From assembly GCA_021795585.1 (NCBI GenBank), contig JAJYPE010000001.1, positions 1-50,807 of the forward strand: a stretch of DNA of 50,807 nt, given 5' to 3'. The first letter of the stretch is position 1, and each line of letters begins with the position of its first letter. Both the position numbers and the translations under genes were made by a program. Positions 46,747 through 50,807 of this stretch are shown here, one piece after another. Origin of the DNA: Actinomycetes bacterium. Its GTDB lineage: Bacteria; Actinomycetota; Acidimicrobiia; Acidimicrobiales; Acidimicrobiaceae. The notes beneath the pieces are model-generated. The model was not told the origin of the DNA and made no database searches. It worked only from the letters and a program-made list of their open reading frames with translations.

Positions 46747-48732
46747 ATGACCGACCCCAACACGCCTTTCGACTCACAACTCCTGTTGCGCGCCGGTCTA
46801 TTGGCCCGGAGCCGGCAGATGGCATCCGTAGGTGAGAACGGATCTGAGGCTCTGGATAGCTTCGTGGCCATCCTCACCGCCGCTATCGGCCTGGAAGAGC
46901 CGGAATTGATCGCGCCGGCGCTCGCCCAAGCCGAAGTGAAGATGGGTGCGGCGGGCCTGACAGCCCCGATCGACCGGATCTCCTATTTTGCCGGCCTCAG
47001 CCAAGCAGAGCGTGACCTCGTGACCGTTCTGGCCGCGATGCGTGTCGCGCGCGACAGGGGTTACCCCGTCCTGCAGGGCGAGAACGGCGCAGTAGGCATC
47101 GAGTTCGCGCAAGTGGTAGTCGGCTTGCGCAGTGGCGTCGAATCGATTTTCGACGCCGAAGGTGCGCTTTATGACTACGGAGTAGTCGCAAGGCATGGTG
47201 GGCCGGGCCGGGCCGATTCCTTCGTTCAATTGCGAACCCACGCCCTCGCCCAGCTCCGCGGAATCCGCGCGTGCAGTCCGGAACTCGAGGACGCCGAATC
47301 CGCGCTTCCAGATGCGCTCCCATTCGGCCTAGATCTCCCGCCCGCGCTCACGCGGTCGGACTTCCTGTACGTGCGCGGCACCACGGCAGGGCTTGCGCTG
47401 TACCGCATTGCCCAGCTATTGGAATCCGGCGGGCGTAGTGACGCTCGCTGGCTCGACCTGCGCAAGGCAGGCGAGGAAGACGATGCCGCCAGGCGGCTGC
47501 GCATCGCCTGCCTGGACGCATTCGTCAACGGCACCACCTTGGTCGTGGGCCCCATCACCCAACTCGCAGAATCCTCACCGCTACTATTGCGCGGCCTGCA
47601 GGATCCACGGGCCAGCGTCGCGATCTTCGGAACGGTTCCCTGGGAGCATGCCTACCTCGGGTTCGACCCCTACTGCTGGGAAGCTCCACGCCTGGATGAG
47701 GCCGAAGCGGCGATGCTATGGGAGGGGGCTCTGGGAGAGCGTGCAGGCGAAGAAGTTATTGCGGGACTTCGCCATTTGCCCCTCCAGCCCGAGCAGATAC
47801 GAGAATCGGCACGGGTGATCGATCTCGAGACCGGAGAGCGCGAAGGCGGGGTCGAGACCGGCGAAATAATCGGGGCTATCCGGAGTGTGAGCTTCGAGCG
47901 CCTGGGAACCCTGGCTCGGCGCGTTAGCCCCAAAGTGTCATGGGAAGACCTCCTTCTCCCGGACAACGTCACGCGCCAGCTTCGTTGGATGTGCGATCGT
48001 TACCGCCACCGCCATCTCGTGGCCCGAGAATGGCGACTCAAGCCGGGAGGTGGCCGCGGAGTAGGCGTGTCGGCACTTTTCACCGGTGATTCCGGCACCG
48101 GCAAGACTCTGGCAGCCGAGGTCGCCGCTGCGGAGCTTGGCCTGGAGATGCTGGTAGTAGACCTCTCCTCCTTAGTGGACAAGTACGTAGGCGAGACCGA
48201 AAAGAACCTCGAGAGGGTCTTCTCCGTGGTCGAAAACGCGCCTGGGCTCCTCTTTTTCGACGAAGCCGACGCCGTGTTCGGCAAGCGCTCGGAGGTCAAG
48301 GAATCCAACGACCGCTTCGCCAACGTCCAAGTCTCCTACCTGCTGCAGCGGCTTGAGGCATTCAACGGCTTGGCAATACTCTCGTCCAACCTCAAGGCCA
48401 ATATCGACCAGGCATTCATGCGCAGACTGGACCTCGCCATCGACTTCCCGATGCCCGACATCGAGATGCGGGCGCGACTTTGGCGGGAGTTCCTCAGATC
48501 CGTGCCGATCGAGGACGACATCGAGTGGGACTTTCTGGCCTCAAACTTCGAGATGCCGGGCGGCAATATCAGGGCTGCCACCTTGAGCGCCGCCTACCTG
48601 GCGGCGGCCGAGTCGCGCAAGGTTGGTATGCGCGACCTGATGGTCGGCCTGGTACTCGAATACCGCAAGCTTGGCCACCTCTTGAGCGAATCCGAGTTTG
48701 CGCACTGGAGCGCCTTGGTCAAGTGGGTCTGA
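46747..48732 (+). CDS. AAA+ ATPase of the eCIS-associated (Afp15/Pvc15-like) type
   Basis: WEDLLLP, ALFTGDSGTGKTLAAEV.A.ELG, DLSSLVDKYVGETEKNL.RVF, LFFDEADAVFGKRSEVKESNDRFAN..VSYLLQRLE, IDQAFMRRL, EYRKLG; degenerate first AAA domain. Confidence 0.88.
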   Translation: MTDPNTPFDSQLLLRAGLLARSRQMASVGENGSEALDSFVAILTAAIGLEEPELIAPALAQAEVKMGAAGLTAPIDRISYFAGLSQAERDLVTVLAAMRVARDRGYPVLQGENGAVGIEFAQVVVGLRSGVESIFDAEGALYDYGVVARHGGPGRADSFVQLRTHALAQLRGIRACSPELEDAESALPDALPFGLDLPPALTRSDFLYVRGTTAGLALYRIAQLLESGGRSDARWLDLRKAGEEDDAARRLRIACLDAFVNGTTLVVGPITQLAESSPLLLRGLQDPRASVAIFGTVPWEHAYLGFDPYCWEAPRLDEAEAAMLWEGALGERAGEEVIAGLRHLPLQPEQIRESARVIDLETGEREGGVETGEIIGAIRSVSFERLGTLARRVSPKVSWEDLLLPDNVTRQLRWMCDRYRHRHLVAREWRLKPGGGRGVGVSALFTGDSGTGKTLAAEVAAAELGLEMLVVDLSSLVDKYVGETEKNLERVFSVVENAPGLLFFDEADAVFGKRSEVKESNDRFANVQVSYLLQRLEAFNGLAILSSNLKANIDQAFMRRLDLAIDFPMPDIEMRARLWREFLRSVPIEDDIEWDFLASNFEMPGGNIRAATLSAAYLAAAESRKVGMRDLMVGLVLEYRKLGHLLSESEFAHWSALVKWV

Positions 48733-48770
48733 GCTTTACGGGCTTGTTCCTTTTACGGCGGCGTCAAAGT

Positions 48771-48799
48771 AAAAGGGCGGCCCCACAGGGCCGCCCTTT
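48771..48799. terminator. Bidirectional intrinsic terminator between the ATPase and iscA/erpA
   Basis: AAAAGGGCGGCCC-CACA-GGGCCGCCCTTT. Confidence 0.85.
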
Positions 48800-48833
48800 G
48801 GTCAAATTTCGGCCGGCTGCCTTTTTCGTACTC

Positions 48834-49211
48834 TCAGGAGAACGAAGAGCCACACCCGCAGGTGCGAGTGGCGTTGGGGTTTGAGATGTGGAAGCCCGCG
48901 CCCTGAAGACCATCACGGTAGTCAAGGGTGGCACCCTTGAGATGCTCCAGCGAGCTGGCGTCGACAACCACCTTGAAGGTGCCCTTGTCGCCGACGACAT
49001 CGCTGACGATGTCGTCATCGGCTATCTCGGAATCGAAGAACATGTCATAGGAAAAGCCCGAACAGCCGCCCGGCTTCACCGCCACGCGCAGGAAAAGGGC
49101 ATCGGTTCCGCCCTCCTCTGACAGCAGCTCCGCCACCTTCGACGCTGCCGGGGGCGTGACGATGATCGCGGTCGGCTTCTTTCCGATCTTGATTGCGGTA
49201 CCAACAGACAA
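48834..49211 (-). CDS. A-type Fe-S carrier (HesB/IscA/ErpA family)
   Basis: LRVAVKPGGCSGFSY, NPNATRTCGCGSSF. Confidence 0.95.
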   Translation of the reverse strand: MSVGTAIKIGKKPTAIIVTPPAASKVAELLSEEGGTDALFLRVAVKPGGCSGFSYDMFFDSEIADDDIVSDVVGDKGTFKVVVDASSLEHLKGATLDYRDGLQGAGFHISNPNATRTCGCGSSFS

Positions 49212-49439
49212 CTCTTAACCACCTTGGCCTAAAGCATTACGGTTCCCTCGGATACCGAAGTTATCCGAAGTGCGAGCCGCTGCGCTAACGCATTGGCCGC
49301 CTTTTAGAAATAATTCTACACCGGTAGGAGAAATTCTGTCCTCGCGGTTTTGCCCCGTTAGGCTGGAAACCGCCGGAGGCCGCCGGATGACACACCCGGC
49401 CTCATTCCACGGCAGAGTACTCCCGACCGAGGCACCTCA

Positions 49440-50612
49440 GTGACTGAGCCAGAAAAGGCAATTCGAGCTGCGCTCGCCGGCGTCACGGATCCAGAGCTGG
49501 GCGTCGGGATAGTCGAGCTCGGCATGATCGGAGAAATCCGCGTCGACGACGACCGCGCGCGCATCCAACTGGCCCTGACCACTCTGGCATGCCCATTGCG
49601 AACGCGGATCCAGGACGAGATACGCTCCAAGGTCGAGGCCGCCCATCCTGGTCTCGATGTCACCTTCGAGGTGGTCCAGATGGACGCGGGCCAGCGTAGC
49701 CACGCAATGACACTCGCCCGGGTCCGCGCCGCCGAAGCCGCACCCATGACGTCGGTCCCGGCAGCAAGCCAAGTCATTGCGGTGGCTTCAGGAAAGGGTG
49801 GCGTCGGAAAGTCAACCCTCACCGCCGCACTGGGCACGGCCTTGGCCAGGGCCGGCTATACCGTTGGCCTGCTCGACGCGGACATCTGGGGGTTCTCACT
49901 TCCCAAGCTGCTCGGCGTGGAGGCCCGCGCCGCCGCCAGTGGGACCACGGAGAAATGGCAGATCGAGCCTGTGCGAATTAAGGCCGGTAAAGGCGAGCTG
50001 CGCGTGGTCTCGATGGGATTCCTGGCCGAGGACAAATCCTCGGCCATCATGTGGAGGGGCTTGGTCTTGAACCGCGCCTTCCAACACTTCGTCGAAGATA
50101 CGGATTGGTCCGACGTCGATTATCTGCTTATCGACATGCCCCCGGGGACCGGTGACATCCAGATGGGCCTTGCCCGGCTTCTGCCGCACGCCGCCGTGCT
50201 GATAGTGACCACGCCTCACGACAACGCCGGCGAAGTCGCCATGCGCATGGTCGACATGGCTCGCAAGGGGAACCTCGCCGTCCTCGGCGTGGTGGAGAAC
50301 ATGGCTTACTTCGAATGCAACCACGGCGAGCGCCACTACATCTTCGGGCAGGGATCCACCGAGGAGCTCTGCGCCAATCTCTCGCTGCCGCTCCTGGCCA
50401 GGATCCCCTTGGGGAGCCAAGAGGGGCGGGCGGCATCGGCGTTACCGGAGCTTATGGCGCAGGAGGACCTCAGTGCGGACCTGGCTGCGATTGTGGACCT
50501 CGCTCGAGAGCTCGCCGAAAACGTGGCCCCGATTGCAGACATGTCGAGCTGCACCTCTCGACTTGCAGCCTTGGAGAAGCAGCTGCGCGGAGGCACTGAC
50601 AATCTCAGCTGA
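49440..50612 (+). CDS. mrp: Mrp/NBP35 Fe-S carrier ATPase with N-terminal DUF59 domain
   Basis: V.DPELG..IVELGMI, LTTLACP, ASGKGGVGKST, LDADIWG.S.P, MWRG, IDMPPGTGD, GVVENM. Confidence 0.92.
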   Translation: MTEPEKAIRAALAGVTDPELGVGIVELGMIGEIRVDDDRARIQLALTTLACPLRTRIQDEIRSKVEAAHPGLDVTFEVVQMDAGQRSHAMTLARVRAAEAAPMTSVPAASQVIAVASGKGGVGKSTLTAALGTALARAGYTVGLLDADIWGFSLPKLLGVEARAAASGTTEKWQIEPVRIKAGKGELRVVSMGFLAEDKSSAIMWRGLVLNRAFQHFVEDTDWSDVDYLLIDMPPGTGDIQMGLARLLPHAAVLIVTTPHDNAGEVAMRMVDMARKGNLAVLGVVENMAYFECNHGERHYIFGQGSTEELCANLSLPLLARIPLGSQEGRAASALPELMAQEDLSADLAAIVDLARELAENVAPIADMSSCTSRLAALEKQLRGGTDNLS

Positions 50613-50807
50613 TTGCCGGACCCCCAGGCCGCCCCGGCAATGGTGCACCTGTCTGCAGCCCGGCCGTGGAGGCTCGCTCGAAGCCTTCCTCCCCCGGAAG
50701 TAGTACCCGCAGCTCGCCATCCTCCATGAGCATTCGAGGCGCGATGGCCGGGAGATCTCTAAAGGTTCTGGCATCCGCCAAGGCTGAGGCGACATCAGGG
50801 TAGCGGT
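50605..50807 (-). CDS. 3' end of a gene entering from the window end (possibly a NUDIX hydrolase)
   Basis: Read by hand: ...RYPDVASALADARTFRDLPAIAPRMLMEDGELRVLLPGEEGFERASTAG...AIS*; LLPGE.GF tail resembles actinobacterial NUDIX C-termini. Confidence 0.45.
   Translation of the reverse strand, partial: RYPDVASALADARTFRDLPAIAPRMLMEDGELRVLLPGEEGFERASTAGLQTGAPLPGRPGGPAIS

Noticed and set aside
46747-48732. ATPase as FtsH, proteasome ARC/Mpa or ClpX
   Set aside because: No TM or HExxH protease domain, no ARC coiled-coil/OB region and no ClpX Zn finger; the motifs fit the eCIS-associated family.

Overview
GC-rich actinobacterial chromosome segment; gene content and order suggest class Acidimicrobiia (inference). 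It is mostly core genes: rlmB-ispF-ispD-carD, crp, lysS, coaX-panC-folK-folB-folP-folE-hpt-tilS, sigR/rsrA, holB-tmk-topA, a KimA-like permease with two trkA, a sigB-like sigma factor, nadE, glnA, glnA2-glnR, iscA/erpA, mrp and two tRNA-Thr genes. Accessory pieces are an Imm/ClC/MarR islet beside tRNA-Thr(CGU), a Tat-less DMSO-reductase-family molybdoenzyme operon, and a four-gene module at 43450-48732. That module is the strongest novelty candidate: a 705-aa protein with a basic disordered N-terminus and translocator/pore-like helices, two paralogous YbjN/T3SS-chaperone-like proteins, and an eCIS (Afp15/Pvc15)-type AAA+ ATPase, with no tail structural genes in the window. Other oddities: an MrfA/SftH-type helicase with dead ATPase motifs but an intact DUF1998 domain, a GlnA with Phe at the adenylylation Tyr and no neighbouring glnE, and an unannotated 25-aa membrane peptide behind a terminator-containing leader. 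All family calls come from motif recognition by eye, not database searches.
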